DNA of 48,109 nucleotides from Acidobacteriota bacterium (GTDB lineage: Bacteria; Acidobacteriota; Thermoanaerobaculia; UBA5066), in the NCBI GenBank assembly GCA_039934255.1, contig JBDTML010000099.1, forward strand, positions 1 through 48,109, given 5' to 3'. Shown here piece after piece: positions 1-8,712 of the stretch; positions within the stretch are counted from its first letter, which is position 1; each line of letters begins with the position of its first letter. Below the pieces are notes generated by a model. It was not told where the DNA came from, made no database searches, and was given only the letters and a program-made list of their open reading frames with translations. Made by a program: the position numbers and the translations under genes.

Positions 1-1219
1 GCGACGACGGGAAAGAGGGCGCCGCCGGGAAAGAAGGGGCTGATGGAAACGAAGGGGCCGACGAGAACGAAGGCGTCGACGGGAACGAAGGTGTCGACGG
101 GAACGAAGGTGTCGACGGGAACGAAGGTGTCGACGGGAACGAAGGGTATGAGGGCGCGGGGGGAGGGGGGGCTGGGGCGGCGCCCATCGAGGGAATCTGG
201 CTCGTGAGCCCCGGGTCGGACGAGAAGGAGCGGATGCCTGGCGGAATGCGTGTCTTCGCCGACTCTTCGATGGCACGCAGGGCTTCGCCGGCGTCCGTGG
301 GCCTCGAGCGCGGCGAAGGCGGCGGAACGGCAAGCGTCGCGGACGGTGGCGCGGGAGAGGCTTCGACGTCGAAGTCGGTGGCGGTCGGTGGCGGCGCGGC
401 CGGTGCCATCGACGGCTCGAAGCGGGCGATGGCCTCTCCCGTGGGCGTGAGGGAGGGGGACGGGATTTTTTTGCGGGCGGCCAGGAGGTCCACAGCGAGC
501 CCGGTCACGAACGTGAGGACCTCCACGGCGGCCTCGTTCAGCCGGCCGTCCTCGCCCGGAAGCTCGTCGGCGCAGACGACTCCGGCCAGCCGGTCGCGGA
601 TGACCATCGGAACGAGGAGGGTCCGCGCGGGCGGCTGCCCGCCCAGGGCGCGTCGAAGCGGTCCGGATTCGCTGGGCGGCTCGGCGAGCACGGAGCGCTG
701 CGTCTTCAGAACCATCGCCACGAACGGGTCGTCCTCGCCGCCGAGGTCGAGAGAGCGCACGGCCTCGTCGCGTCCTCCGGACGCGTCGTACCCGAGGGCC
801 TTCCAGCCGGTGAGCCGGTCGTTTCGGAGGACGAGAAGCGCGACGCGCGATGCGTGCGCATTCACGCGCGTCAGAAATCGAGAGAGAACGTCGACCTGCG
901 TACGCGCGGACTCGATGGCGGCGAGCGAACCGCGGACGACCGTCCAATCGGCTTGGGGCGCGCCGGGAGCGGCGGCCGCCGGGACCGCCGCGGGGGCCGG
1001 GGACGGAGCGGGCGCCGCGTCCTCGAGCATGATCGCGACGAGGTCCTCGGGGAGCAGGGGTTTGGCGTGCGCCGGGATCTTGTCCGACAGCGTCGTGAGG
1101 AGGACCTCGATGTCTCGCCGCGCGTCGACGAGCGACGATTTCCACGTCGCGAGGTGATCCTCGAGATGCGTGGAAAGAGATTCGATCAAGCGGCGTGTCG
1201 CAGCGGGGTCGACCGACAT
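1..1219 (-). CDS. GAF-domain protein with a repetitive Pro/Ser/Ala-rich C-terminal tail (3' end lies beyond the window start)
   Basis: The ATG is the complement of cat at 1217-1219. This minus frame has no stop down to base 1, which is why it is absent from the ORF track. Hand translation gives MSVDPAATRRLIESLSTHLEDHLATW...LLVPMVIRDRLAGVVCADELPGEDGRLNEAAVEVLTFVTGLAVDLLAARKK, which resembles the C-terminal half of a GAF fold. The + ORF 204..1157 is its antisense shadow. Confidence 0.7.
   Translation of the reverse strand, partial: MSVDPAATRRLIESLSTHLEDHLATWKSSLVDARRDIEVLLTTLSDKIPAHAKPLLPEDLVAIMLEDAAPAPSPAPAAVPAAAAPGAPQADWTVVRGSLAAIESARTQVDVLSRFLTRVNAHASRVALLVLRNDRLTGWKALGYDASGGRDEAVRSLDLGGEDDPFVAMVLKTQRSVLAEPPSESGPLRRALGGQPPARTLLVPMVIRDRLAGVVCADELPGEDGRLNEAAVEVLTFVTGLAVDLLAARKKIPSPSLTPTGEAIARFEPSMAPAAPPPTATDFDVEASPAPPSATLAVPPPSPRSRPTDAGEALRAIEESAKTRIPPGIRSFSSDPGLTSQIPSMGAAPAPPPPAPSYPSFPSTPSFPSTPSFPSTPSFPSTPSFSSAPSFPSAPSFPAAPSFPSS
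2..145 (-). repeat. 18-bp tandem repeat of 8 units, in frame inside the GAF-protein CDS
   Basis: Units 92-109, 110-127 and 128-145 are all tgtcgacgggaacgaagg. Unit 74-91 is cgtcgacgggaacgaagg. Units in 2-73 are degenerate copies. On the minus strand, in the frame set by ATG 1219, they encode PSFPST-type hexapeptides. Confidence 0.9.
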
Positions 1220-1315
1220 ACGTCTCCTGACGGCGCCTTCGGGCCGGGCCTTCGGCGTCGTGTTCGCGGCATTATATTCGGACAGCGCGCTTCAGCGGCA
1301 CCCCGGTCGGGTGGA

Positions 1316-1344
1316 TTGACGCCCGGCCCAACCCGCTTTAGCAT
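1316..1344 (+). promoter_or_regulatory. candidate sigma70-type promoter of the rpsU operon
   Basis: TTGACG (1316-1321), 17 nt spacer, TAGCAT (1339-1344), about 70 nt upstream of the rpsU GTG. A purine-rich GGGGGAGA ends 6 nt before the start codon. Confidence 0.35.
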
Positions 1345-1416
1345 GCGGGGTTTGCCCGCGCCCTCTGAACCGCTTCGGGTTCGGGGCACTCGGGGCCGGA
1401 GAGGGGGAGATCCCAA

Positions 1417-1623
1417 GTGCCACTGATCCACGTCAAGGAAGACGAATCGTTCGAGAACGCCCTGCGCCGCTTCAAGCGCAAGTGCGAGAAATCCGGAATC
1501 CTCTCCGAGCTCAAGAAGCGTCAGCACTACGAGAAGCCCTCGGCCAAGCGAAAACGCAAGGCCATCGCCGCCCGAAAGAAAATGCTCCGAAAGCTGGCCG
1601 AAGAGCGCCGCACGGGGATGTAG
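1417..1623 (+). CDS. rpsU: 30S ribosomal protein bS21
   Basis: The 68-aa product [55 protein letters not shown] is an unmistakable S21 sequence. GTG start. Confidence 0.97.
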   Translation: MPLIHVKEDESFENALRRFKRKCEKSGILSELKKRQHYEKPSAKRKRKAIAARKKMLRKLAEERRTGM

Positions 1624-1634
1624 ATTCCCGTTTC

Positions 1635-4040
1635 GTGAGTCATCCCGAACTCGACTGGCCCGGCGCGCTTCGGCTCGCCGGGCGTTTTTGTTCCACGGAG
1701 CGCGGCCGCGACCGGGTCCATGGCGCCCTGCCGTCGCCGGACGCGTTCGAAGTCGCGCGGCGCCTCGGCGTCACCCGGGATCTCCTCGCGCGCCGCGCGC
1801 TGCGCCCTCCGGTCGCGCTCGGGGGGCTCGACGAGGGGGCCCCACTCGTTTCGCGCCTCGGACCGCAGGGACGCGCGCTTCCGCCCGAGGACCTTCTCGA
1901 CCTTTTCCTCCTCGTCGAGCGCGCGGAAGGCGCGCGCACGGCCGTGCCCGTTCCGGACCTCGATCTCGTCGCACTCTCCGACCTTCTCTTTCCTCTCGCG
2001 TCCTTCGAGGATCTGCTCGGAGAGCGCGAGCCCACGTTCGAGCTCGACGGGCACATCAAGGACACGGCGTCCGCGCGCCTCTACGCGATTCGCTCGTCGA
2101 TCCAGCGGCTCCGGAAGGAGGTCGTCCGGAAGCTCGAGGAGGTCGCGCGGACGCATCCGGACGCGCTGACGGGGGGCTACGTGACCGAGAAGGGCGGCCG
2201 CTACTGCCTGCCCGTGCGCGCGGACAGGCGCGACCAGGTGGGCGGACTCGTGCACGAGCGGTCGGGCTCCGGCCAGACCGTCTTCGTCGAGCCCCTCCCC
2301 GTCGTCGAGGACAACAACGCGCTCCAGGAAGCCGTTGAAGAGGAGCGGGAGGAAGTGCACCGCATCCTCGTGGCGCTGACGGGCCGCTTCTCCGCGCGGC
2401 ACGAGGACCTCGTGGCCGCAGTGGAGGTGCTCACCGAGCTCGACGCGTTCCAGGCGCGCGCGGAGTTTTCGTCGCGCGTCGCGGGCGTCTTCCCCGACTT
2501 CTCGGATCGCCTGGTCCTCAAGGGCGCCCGCCATCCCCTCCTGGACCGGCGCCTCGCCGATCTCCGCGCGGACGTCTTCGGAGAGCTCGAGGAGCGTCAC
2601 GCGGACGCCGTGCCGCTCGATCTCGAGCTTCCGGTAGGGGCGCGGGTTCTGCTCCTCTCGGGTCCGAACGCGGGCGGCAAGAGCGTCGCCATGAAGACCG
2701 TCGGCCTCTTCGCGCTCCTCGCGCAGTCGGGCTTCGCGATTCCGTGCGGGCCGGGCTCCACGCTGCCCGTGTTCGACAAGGTTCTCGTCGTCGCGGGAGA
2801 CGCGCAGGACCTCCTCGGAGACCTCTCGTCGTTCGCGGCGGCCATGACGCGTACGGCGCGGGTCCTCCAGGAAGCCACTTCGAAAAGCCTCGTCCTCCTC
2901 GACGAGCTCGGCAGCGGCACGGACCCGGACGAAGGAGCGGCTCTGGCGATCGCCGTCCTGGACGAGGATCTCCTGCGCGGCGGGGTCACCATCGCCACGA
3001 CGCATCTCTCGGCCGTCAAGGAGTGGGCTCAGGACAGAACGGGCGTCCTCTCCGCCGCGATGGAGTTCGACGAGAAGGCGGGCCGGCCGACGTTCCGCGT
3101 GCGGGCCGGCGCGAGCGGGCGTTCGCGCGCGCTCGCCGTCGCGGAGAAGGCGGGTCTGCCGGCGCGCGTCCTCCTCTCGGCGAAGAAGCGGCTCGGCGCG
3201 AAATGGGAGGCCGCGGACGCGGCCCTGACGTGCCTCGAGAACGAAACGCGCCGCGCCCGCGAGGAAGCGGACAAGGCGAAGGCGGCGGCGGAGAAGGCCG
3301 CCGTCCGCCTTATCGACCTCGAGAGGGAGCGCGCCGCGCTCGCCGCGGAGCGGGCGAAGGTGAAGGAAAAAGCGAAGGAGCAGGTCGACAAGGCGCTCGC
3401 GACGCTGCGCGAGAAGACGCGGCAGGAGCTCGAGCGGATGCGCGAGGACCTGAAGGCGGGCCGCGCGGTCTCGCGCGGCGCGCTGATGACCGTCACGCAA
3501 TCGGCGCGCGAAGCCGCGATGGGCCTCTTCGGCGGGGACGACGAGCCTCCCCCGCTGGCCGGGCCCGTTGCCGTCGGCATGGAGGTCCGCATCGCGGGCC
3601 TTGGCGCGACGGGGCGCCTCCTTGCGCTGGCTGCGGGGCGCGGTGAGGCGGAGGTCGAGGTCAAAGGGAAGCGCGTGAGGGTTTCGCTTGCGTCGCTCTC
3701 CCCTGCCGCACCGGGCGGACGTCCGGCTCCCGTCAGGGTCCCGGCCCCTGTTTCGAATCGGCCGCTGCCCTCCCCTTCATCGTCCGGAGTTCTCGCCACG
3801 GCCGAAGTCGTCCTCGTGGGCCAGCGTGTTGACGACGCCCTTTCCGTGGTCGAGAAGGCCATCAACGACGCGCTTCTCTCCGGCAAAGCGGCGCTCCGCC
3901 TCGTCCACGGCCACGGGACGGGCCGCCTCGCGGCCGCGGTTCGGGAATTCCTGAAGACGCACCCCGGGATCGCGTCCTACCGCTGGGGAGACGCCGAGGA
4001 GGGCGGCCAGGCCGTCACGATCGCGAGGCTGGATGTCTGA
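1635..4040 (+). CDS. mutS2: endonuclease MutS2 (MutS ATPase plus C-terminal Smr domain)
   Basis: Walker A LLSGPNAGGKSVAMKTVGL, DELGSGTDPDEG, a long Lys/Ala/Glu coiled coil, and a C-terminal Smr motif LRLVHGHGTGRLAAAVREFLKTHP. The track ORF starts at 1482 inside rpsU; the first in-frame start after the rpsU stop is GTG 1635. Confidence 0.9.
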   Translation: MSHPELDWPGALRLAGRFCSTERGRDRVHGALPSPDAFEVARRLGVTRDLLARRALRPPVALGGLDEGAPLVSRLGPQGRALPPEDLLDLFLLVERAEGARTAVPVPDLDLVALSDLLFPLASFEDLLGEREPTFELDGHIKDTASARLYAIRSSIQRLRKEVVRKLEEVARTHPDALTGGYVTEKGGRYCLPVRADRRDQVGGLVHERSGSGQTVFVEPLPVVEDNNALQEAVEEEREEVHRILVALTGRFSARHEDLVAAVEVLTELDAFQARAEFSSRVAGVFPDFSDRLVLKGARHPLLDRRLADLRADVFGELEERHADAVPLDLELPVGARVLLLSGPNAGGKSVAMKTVGLFALLAQSGFAIPCGPGSTLPVFDKVLVVAGDAQDLLGDLSSFAAAMTRTARVLQEATSKSLVLLDELGSGTDPDEGAALAIAVLDEDLLRGGVTIATTHLSAVKEWAQDRTGVLSAAMEFDEKAGRPTFRVRAGASGRSRALAVAEKAGLPARVLLSAKKRLGAKWEAADAALTCLENETRRAREEADKAKAAAEKAAVRLIDLERERAALAAERAKVKEKAKEQVDKALATLREKTRQELERMREDLKAGRAVSRGALMTVTQSAREAAMGLFGGDDEPPPLAGPVAVGMEVRIAGLGATGRLLALAAGRGEAEVEVKGKRVRVSLASLSPAAPGGRPAPVRVPAPVSNRPLPSPSSSGVLATAEVVLVGQRVDDALSVVEKAINDALLSGKAALRLVHGHGTGRLAAAVREFLKTHPGIASYRWGDAEEGGQAVTIARLDV

Positions 4041-5886
4041 GCCCGTCTACGACATCACGGACGACGTCAAACGCGACGTTCTTGCCGCCACCGATCTCGT
4101 CCTGCTGATCGGCGCCACGACCTCGCTCAAGAAAGCGGGCCGTTCGTGGAAGGGCCTGTGCCCATTTCACGGCGAAAAGAGCGCGTCGTTCCACGTCCAC
4201 CCGGACAAGGGTTTCTATTACTGCTTCGGCTGCGGGGCGAAGGGCGACGCGATCACGTTCGTGCGCGAGATCGAGCGTCTCGAATTTCCCGACGCGGTGG
4301 CGTATCTCGCGCGGCTCGCGGGCATCGCGCTTCCGATGCGCCGGAGCGGTACGCGCGTGGATCGCGGAAAGGAGACGCGCGCGGCCGAGGCTCTGAGCCT
4401 CGCGGCGGCGTTCTTCCGCGCGAATCTCGACGGGCATCCGGCCGCGCGGGCCCTTCTCGAGAAGCGCGGGCTCACGCCGGAGGAGGGGCACGCCTACGGC
4501 TTCGGAGCGGCGATCGACGCGTGGGACGCGCTCAAGTCCGCGCTTGCGCCGCGGGTCCAGGAAGAGGCTCTCGTCGAAGCGGGCCTTCTTCAGAAGAACC
4601 CGGAGACCGGGCGCGTGTACGACCGCTTCCGCAACCGCCTGACGATCGAGATCCGCGACGGGCGCGGGGAGATCCTCGGCTTCGGCGCGCGCGCGTTCGG
4701 GGACGACCAGCCGAAGTACCTCAACTCGCCGGAAACCGCGCGATTCTCCAAGGGAAAGCTCCTCTACGGCCTCGACCGCGCGAAAGAGGCGATCCGGAGA
4801 GAAGACCTCGTCCTCCTCGTGGAGGGTTACTTCGACCGGATCGCCTGCGAGCGGGCGGGCGCGGCGAACTCCGTCGCCTCGATGGGCACGGCCCTCACGT
4901 CGGCGCAAGTCGATCTTCTCGCGCGGCAGGCCGCGACGGTCGTCGTGGCCTACGACGGCGACGCGCCGGGCGTCGCGGCGGCGTACAAGGCGTTTCCGCT
5001 TCTCCTTGGGCGGGGAGCTCATGTGCGGCACCTCGCGCTGCCCGAAGGACACGACCCCGACTCGTTCCTCGCGGCTCACGGCCCCGAAGCCCTGCGCGCC
5101 GCGATCGCAGGGGCGCCGCCGCTCCTCGAGACGCTGCTTGCGCGGATCCCGGTGGCCGGTCACGAGGACCCGACGGAGCGCGCCGGGAGACTGCGGGAGG
5201 CGGTGGATATCCTCACCGCGGCGCCGGATCCGGTTCTCCGCCACGAGCTGCTTTCGGGCCTCGCGCGGGGCGCCGGGGTGCCTCTTTCAGTCCTCGCCCC
5301 GCCCTCGGGGAAGAAAACAGCGCTCACGGCGGTTAAGCCGACGCCGGTAGGCCCTGCGCCGCGGCATTCCATCGATTTGCCGGAACAGGAGGCGCGTGTG
5401 CTCGCAGCACTTCTGTCTGAATGGCCCGAAAGCGCGCCGCTGGCCATGAGGATACCGGAGGATGTTTTTTTTCATCCTGTTGCAAAAGAACTACTTATGG
5501 CCATTAAAGAGCTTCCGGTTGGAACCGGAACCCTTGATTTTTCGCAACTTACGTCACATCTTGGAGCGGATGCGGGTCCCCTCGCCGCTGAGCTGCTGCT
5601 TCGGCAGGGCAATATGGGGGCAGAAAACCCTGGCGAAAGTGGCGAGAAGAGCGGGTACAAAACCGGGGACAAAAGCGGGCTCAGTCGAATTCATATCCCA
5701 TTGCTGCAGTTGAAGATACGTTCTCTGGAGGAAACTGCGAGAGGCCTCCAGCCAGAGATACAGGACGCCGCGACGGCCGGAAACCTGGAGGGGCGCGACG
5801 CGGCATACCGCCGCAAGCAGACCCTCGTCGAGGAAGTCCGGAAACTGAAGGCGGAACTAAAAGCGGAAACCGCGAGACGAATTTAG
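4033..5886 (+). CDS. dnaG: DNA primase
   Basis: Zinc-ribbon [35 protein letters not shown], a Toprim region (LVEGYFD...AYDGDAPG), and position upstream of rpoD. ATG 4033 overlaps the mutS2 stop (4038-4040) by 8 nt. Confidence 0.95.
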   Translation: MSEPVYDITDDVKRDVLAATDLVLLIGATTSLKKAGRSWKGLCPFHGEKSASFHVHPDKGFYYCFGCGAKGDAITFVREIERLEFPDAVAYLARLAGIALPMRRSGTRVDRGKETRAAEALSLAAAFFRANLDGHPAARALLEKRGLTPEEGHAYGFGAAIDAWDALKSALAPRVQEEALVEAGLLQKNPETGRVYDRFRNRLTIEIRDGRGEILGFGARAFGDDQPKYLNSPETARFSKGKLLYGLDRAKEAIRREDLVLLVEGYFDRIACERAGAANSVASMGTALTSAQVDLLARQAATVVVAYDGDAPGVAAAYKAFPLLLGRGAHVRHLALPEGHDPDSFLAAHGPEALRAAIAGAPPLLETLLARIPVAGHEDPTERAGRLREAVDILTAAPDPVLRHELLSGLARGAGVPLSVLAPPSGKKTALTAVKPTPVGPAPRHSIDLPEQEARVLAALLSEWPESAPLAMRIPEDVFFHPVAKELLMAIKELPVGTGTLDFSQLTSHLGADAGPLAAELLLRQGNMGAENPGESGEKSGYKTGDKSGLSRIHIPLLQLKIRSLEETARGLQPEIQDAATAGNLEGRDAAYRRKQTLVEEVRKLKAELKAETARRI

Positions 5887-5929
5887 AGCGCGCCGGGGAC
5901 CTCCGGAAGCGTATGGAAGCGAGAAGTCG

Positions 5930-7678
5930 GTGACGGTAGAAGAAAAGCACCCCGAAGTCAGGACCCTGATCAACCTCGGCAAGGAGCGCGGGTACCTGCT
6001 CTACGACGAGATCTATCAGGCTCTGCCCGAAGAGCTCGCGAACGCGCCGGAAGAGCTCGACGAGATTTACATCAGGTTCGGCGATTACGGGATCGAGGTC
6101 GTCGACGTGCCGGAGAAGGCGACGAAGAAGGCCGGGCCGACCGCCGGCTCCGAGACGACCGTTCCCGATCCGACCACCGTCGAGAAGACGAACGACCCCG
6201 TCCGGATGTACCTGCGCGAGATGGGAACCGTGAAGCTGCTCGACCGCGAGGGCGAGGTCTCGATCGCGCGGCGCATCGAGAACGGCGAGGCGAAGATCTA
6301 TCGCGCCCTGTCGACGAACAAGGTCGTCCTCGGCGAGATCCTCAAGATCGTCGAGCAGGCCAAGAAGGACAAGAACGTCGCGCGCGGCTTCCTCGAGTTC
6401 GCCGCGGCTGCTCTGGAAGAGGCCGACGAGATCGACCCGAAGACCGCGAACCGGATCGGGTCCATCCAGAAGCACTTCGAGAAGATCGGAAAGCTCGACG
6501 GCGAGCTGCGCAAGCTGGCCGACCGCAAGCGCCCCGCGCCCAAGCCGAAGAAGCTGACCGTCAAGGCCCTCGTCCACGCGAAGGCGAAGGCGGCGGGGAA
6601 GCCGGTGCCGCCCACGAAGCCGCAGCCCATCGTCGATCCTGCGATAGACCGCCGCATCTCGGAGATCGCGCGCCTCATCCACGCCATCGACTTCACGCCC
6701 GCGACGCTCCTGCGCATGGTGAACATGCTGAAGGACCTCGACCGGCAGTTCGCGATGCCCGAGGCCACGATCCGGCAGGACCTCACGAACCTGAAGAAGG
6801 AAAAGAACGAAGTCCGCCGCGACTTCTACAAGCGCCGGGTCTCGAAGTACCGGCAGATGCTGAAGGACCTCGAGGAGAAGTACCGGATCGACCACGACGA
6901 GATCAAGCGGACGATGAAGCTCATCCGCGAGGGTGAGGGCGAAGCCGACCAGGCCAAGCAGGAGCTCATCGTCGCGAACCTGCGCCTCGTCGTCTCGATC
7001 GCGAAGAAGTACACGAACCGCGGCCTCCAGTTTCTCGATCTCATCCAGGAAGGCAACATCGGCCTCATGAAGGCGGTCGAGAAGTTCGAGTATCGCCGGG
7101 GCTACAAGTTTTCGACGTACGCCACGTGGTGGATCCGCCAGGCCATCACGCGCGCCATCGCCGACCAGGCGCGCACGATCCGCATCCCGGTCCACATGAT
7201 CGAGACGATCAACAAGCTCACGCGCACGCAGCGCTCGCTCGTCCAGGAGCTCGGCCGCGAGCCGACGGCCGAGGAGATCGCCAAGCGCATGGACATGCCG
7301 GCCTCGAAGGTCCGCAAGATCATGAAGATCGCGCAGGAGCCGATCTCCCTCGAGACGCCGATCGGCGAAGAGGAGGATTCGCACCTCGGCGACTTCATCG
7401 AGGACCGCCAGGTCATCTCGCCGATCGACGCCGTGATCGTCGCGAACCTGAAGGACCAGACGCGCCGCACCCTGAAGACGCTCACGCCCCGCGAGGAGCA
7501 GGTTCTCCGCATGCGCTTCGGCGTGGGCGACGGCTCGGAGCACACGCTCGAGGAAGTGGGGAAGAGCTTCAACGTGACGCGGGAGCGCATCCGCCAGATC
7601 GAGAGCAAGGCGCTCCGGAAGCTCCGGCACCCCAGTCGGGCCAAGAAGCTCCGGCCCTTCGTGGACGTCGGGCAGTAA
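5930..7678 (+). CDS. rpoD: primary RNA polymerase sigma factor (sigma-70 family)
   Basis: Region 2-4 motifs are present: [53 protein letters not shown], and [33 protein letters not shown] start. Confidence 0.96.
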   Translation: MTVEEKHPEVRTLINLGKERGYLLYDEIYQALPEELANAPEELDEIYIRFGDYGIEVVDVPEKATKKAGPTAGSETTVPDPTTVEKTNDPVRMYLREMGTVKLLDREGEVSIARRIENGEAKIYRALSTNKVVLGEILKIVEQAKKDKNVARGFLEFAAAALEEADEIDPKTANRIGSIQKHFEKIGKLDGELRKLADRKRPAPKPKKLTVKALVHAKAKAAGKPVPPTKPQPIVDPAIDRRISEIARLIHAIDFTPATLLRMVNMLKDLDRQFAMPEATIRQDLTNLKKEKNEVRRDFYKRRVSKYRQMLKDLEEKYRIDHDEIKRTMKLIREGEGEADQAKQELIVANLRLVVSIAKKYTNRGLQFLDLIQEGNIGLMKAVEKFEYRRGYKFSTYATWWIRQAITRAIADQARTIRIPVHMIETINKLTRTQRSLVQELGREPTAEEIAKRMDMPASKVRKIMKIAQEPISLETPIGEEEDSHLGDFIEDRQVISPIDAVIVANLKDQTRRTLKTLTPREEQVLRMRFGVGDGSEHTLEEVGKSFNVTRERIRQIESKALRKLRHPSRAKKLRPFVDVGQ

Positions 7679-7724
7679 GAAGAGAAGAAATTCTTCCTAT
7701 GCTATTCTTCATCCTCGGCCGTAA

Positions 7725-7797
7725 GGGTCCGTAGCTCAGCGGTCAGAGCCACCGGCTCATAACCGGCGGGTCCCTGGTTCGAATCCAGGCGGACCCA
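7725..7797 (+). tRNA. tRNA with CAU anticodon (elongator Met, or Ile2 if lysidine-modified)
   Basis: Cloverleaf folded by hand: acceptor GGGTCCG/CGGACCC, D arm GCTC-AGCGGTCA-GAGC, anticodon loop CTCATAA, T arm CCTGG-TTCGAAT-CCAGG, discriminator A. CCA is not encoded. There is one A-C mismatch at the top of the anticodon stem. Confidence 0.9.
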
Positions 7798-7903
7798 CCG
7801 GACGGTTCCGATGGTGGAATGAAAGAGGGAGATTCGACATCCGGGCGCGCAGAAACACTTCCGATCCCTCGGGCGCATTCGAGCGCCGGGGGTCCGTCCA
7901 GAC

Positions 7904-7933
7904 GGGTGCCGCGTGGCGCCCGTTTTTGCTTTT
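7904..7933 (+). terminator. intrinsic terminator downstream of rpoD and the tRNA
   Basis: Stem gggtgcc (7904-7910) / ggcgccc (7915-7921), 7 bp including one G-U pair, loop gcgt, followed by gtttttgctttt. Confidence 0.55.
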
Positions 7934-7992
7934 CAGGGGGCCAGCATGAATACCGAAGTCATGAAAACCGGGACGACAAGGTGAGCGCGACA

Positions 7993-8712
7993 ATGACGAG
8001 TCCGCTCGACAAACTCTTTCTCCTCCAGGAAGTCCTTCTCGAGGTCGACGCCAAGACCCTGCGGCGCGGACGCACGCCGGACCATCTCGTTCACATCGAG
8101 GCGGCGTATCTCGACGCCCGGCGGCAGCGGGAAGACGCCGGGACGGTCCTGTCGCAGGCCGGGGAGCGCAAGAAGGCCCTGGACGGCGAAATCCAGGATT
8201 TCAACGAGCATCTGAAGAAGTACCAGCAGCAGCTGCAGTCCGTGAAAACGAGCCGCGAATACAGCGCGCTCCTGAACGAGATCGACGGCATCAAGCGCGA
8301 GGTGAGAACCCGCGAGGACGAGATCCTTTCCCTCGACGAGTCGATGGCCGGCTCCTCGACGGAGCTGAACCTTCGGGACGAGGCGTTCCCCGCCGAAGAG
8401 GCCGGTTACGAAGAGGAGATGAAAGAGTGGCGGGCCGAGCAGGCCGTCCTCGACGCCGAGATCGCGGAGGCCAACAAGCGCGTGAAGAGCCTCCGCGCCG
8501 AGCTCGAACCGCGCCTCCTGAAAACGTTCGAGCAGATCCGGAACAAGCGAGCGGGCGTGGCCGTGGCCCGGCTCGACATGGTCGGACCGCAGACGGCCGC
8601 CTGTTCTGCCTGTCACGTGCGGCTGCGCCCGCAGCTCCTCTCCGATCTCCGCCTCTCCAAGGAGACGGTCTTTTGCGAGAGCTGCAAGCGGATCCTCTAC
8701 TGGATTCCGTGA
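7993..8712 (+). CDS. coiled-coil plus C4 zinc-ribbon protein (COG1579 / DUF164-like)
   Basis: Long heptad-rich region (LNEHLKKYQQQLQSVKTSREYSALLNEIDGIKREV) and C-terminal CSACHVRLRPQ...FCESCKRILYW. ATG 7993 is preceded by AAGGTGA. An in-frame GTG at 7981 is an alternative start. The track start at 7819 runs through the terminator and is unlikely. Confidence 0.8.
   Translation: MTSPLDKLFLLQEVLLEVDAKTLRRGRTPDHLVHIEAAYLDARRQREDAGTVLSQAGERKKALDGEIQDFNEHLKKYQQQLQSVKTSREYSALLNEIDGIKREVRTREDEILSLDESMAGSSTELNLRDEAFPAEEAGYEEEMKEWRAEQAVLDAEIAEANKRVKSLRAELEPRLLKTFEQIRNKRAGVAVARLDMVGPQTAACSACHVRLRPQLLSDLRLSKETVFCESCKRILYWIP

Noticed and set aside
204-1157. 317-aa + strand ORF (and nested ORFs 250-450, 850-1032, 854-1426)
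   Set aside because: Ala/Arg/Ser/Gly-rich with no recognisable motifs. It lies exactly antisense to the open minus-strand GAF-protein frame that starts at 1219, which makes it a typical high-G+C shadow ORF.
1271-1276. Perfect TATAAT on the minus strand (attata on +), ~50 nt upstream of the GAF-protein ATG
   Set aside because: No acceptable -35 element at 16-18 nt spacing (gctgaa/gccgct). It is plausible as a -10 element but not well enough supported to list as a feature.
1482-1634. N-terminal extensions of track ORFs. Examples: mutS2 from 1482, polA from 13544, the TonB_C-like gene from 14236, hutI from 10217, the M14 gene from 32585, the receptor gene up to 42780, selB up to 19950.
   Set aside because: The extensions overlap the preceding well-supported genes or intergenic terminators, and they translate to low-complexity sequence. 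I chose the first in-frame start after the upstream stop, or the start giving a proper signal peptide or conserved N-terminus.
1527-3500. 657-aa minus-strand ORF antisense to mutS2. Similar long antisense or out-of-frame ORFs: 5681-7630, 10133-11995, 12364-13203, 12762-14111, 15548-16897, 22357-23988, 23976-25388, 29957-31087, 33698-36478, 37070-38737, 38734-40683, 43192-44538, 44258-46090.
   Set aside because: All are Arg/Glu/Asp/Gly/Pro-rich low-complexity translations with no family motifs. Each fully overlaps a gene with strong family signatures on the other strand or frame. They are expected by chance at ~70% G+C, where stop codons are rare.
7798-7900. Possible integration scar or attachment-site repeat downstream of the tRNA (gattcgacatccgggcg weakly resembles the tRNA T-arm ggttcgaatccaggcgg)
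   Set aside because: The similarity is short and imperfect. No integrase, excisionase or compositional island follows, and the next genes are conserved housekeeping genes.
7946-7984. 12-codon mini-ORF MNTEVMKTGTTR whose TGA overlaps the alternative GTG (7981) of the zinc-ribbon gene
   Set aside because: Too short and without a recognisable Shine-Dalgarno sequence. It could be a leader peptide, but there is no supporting attenuator structure, so it is probably fortuitous.
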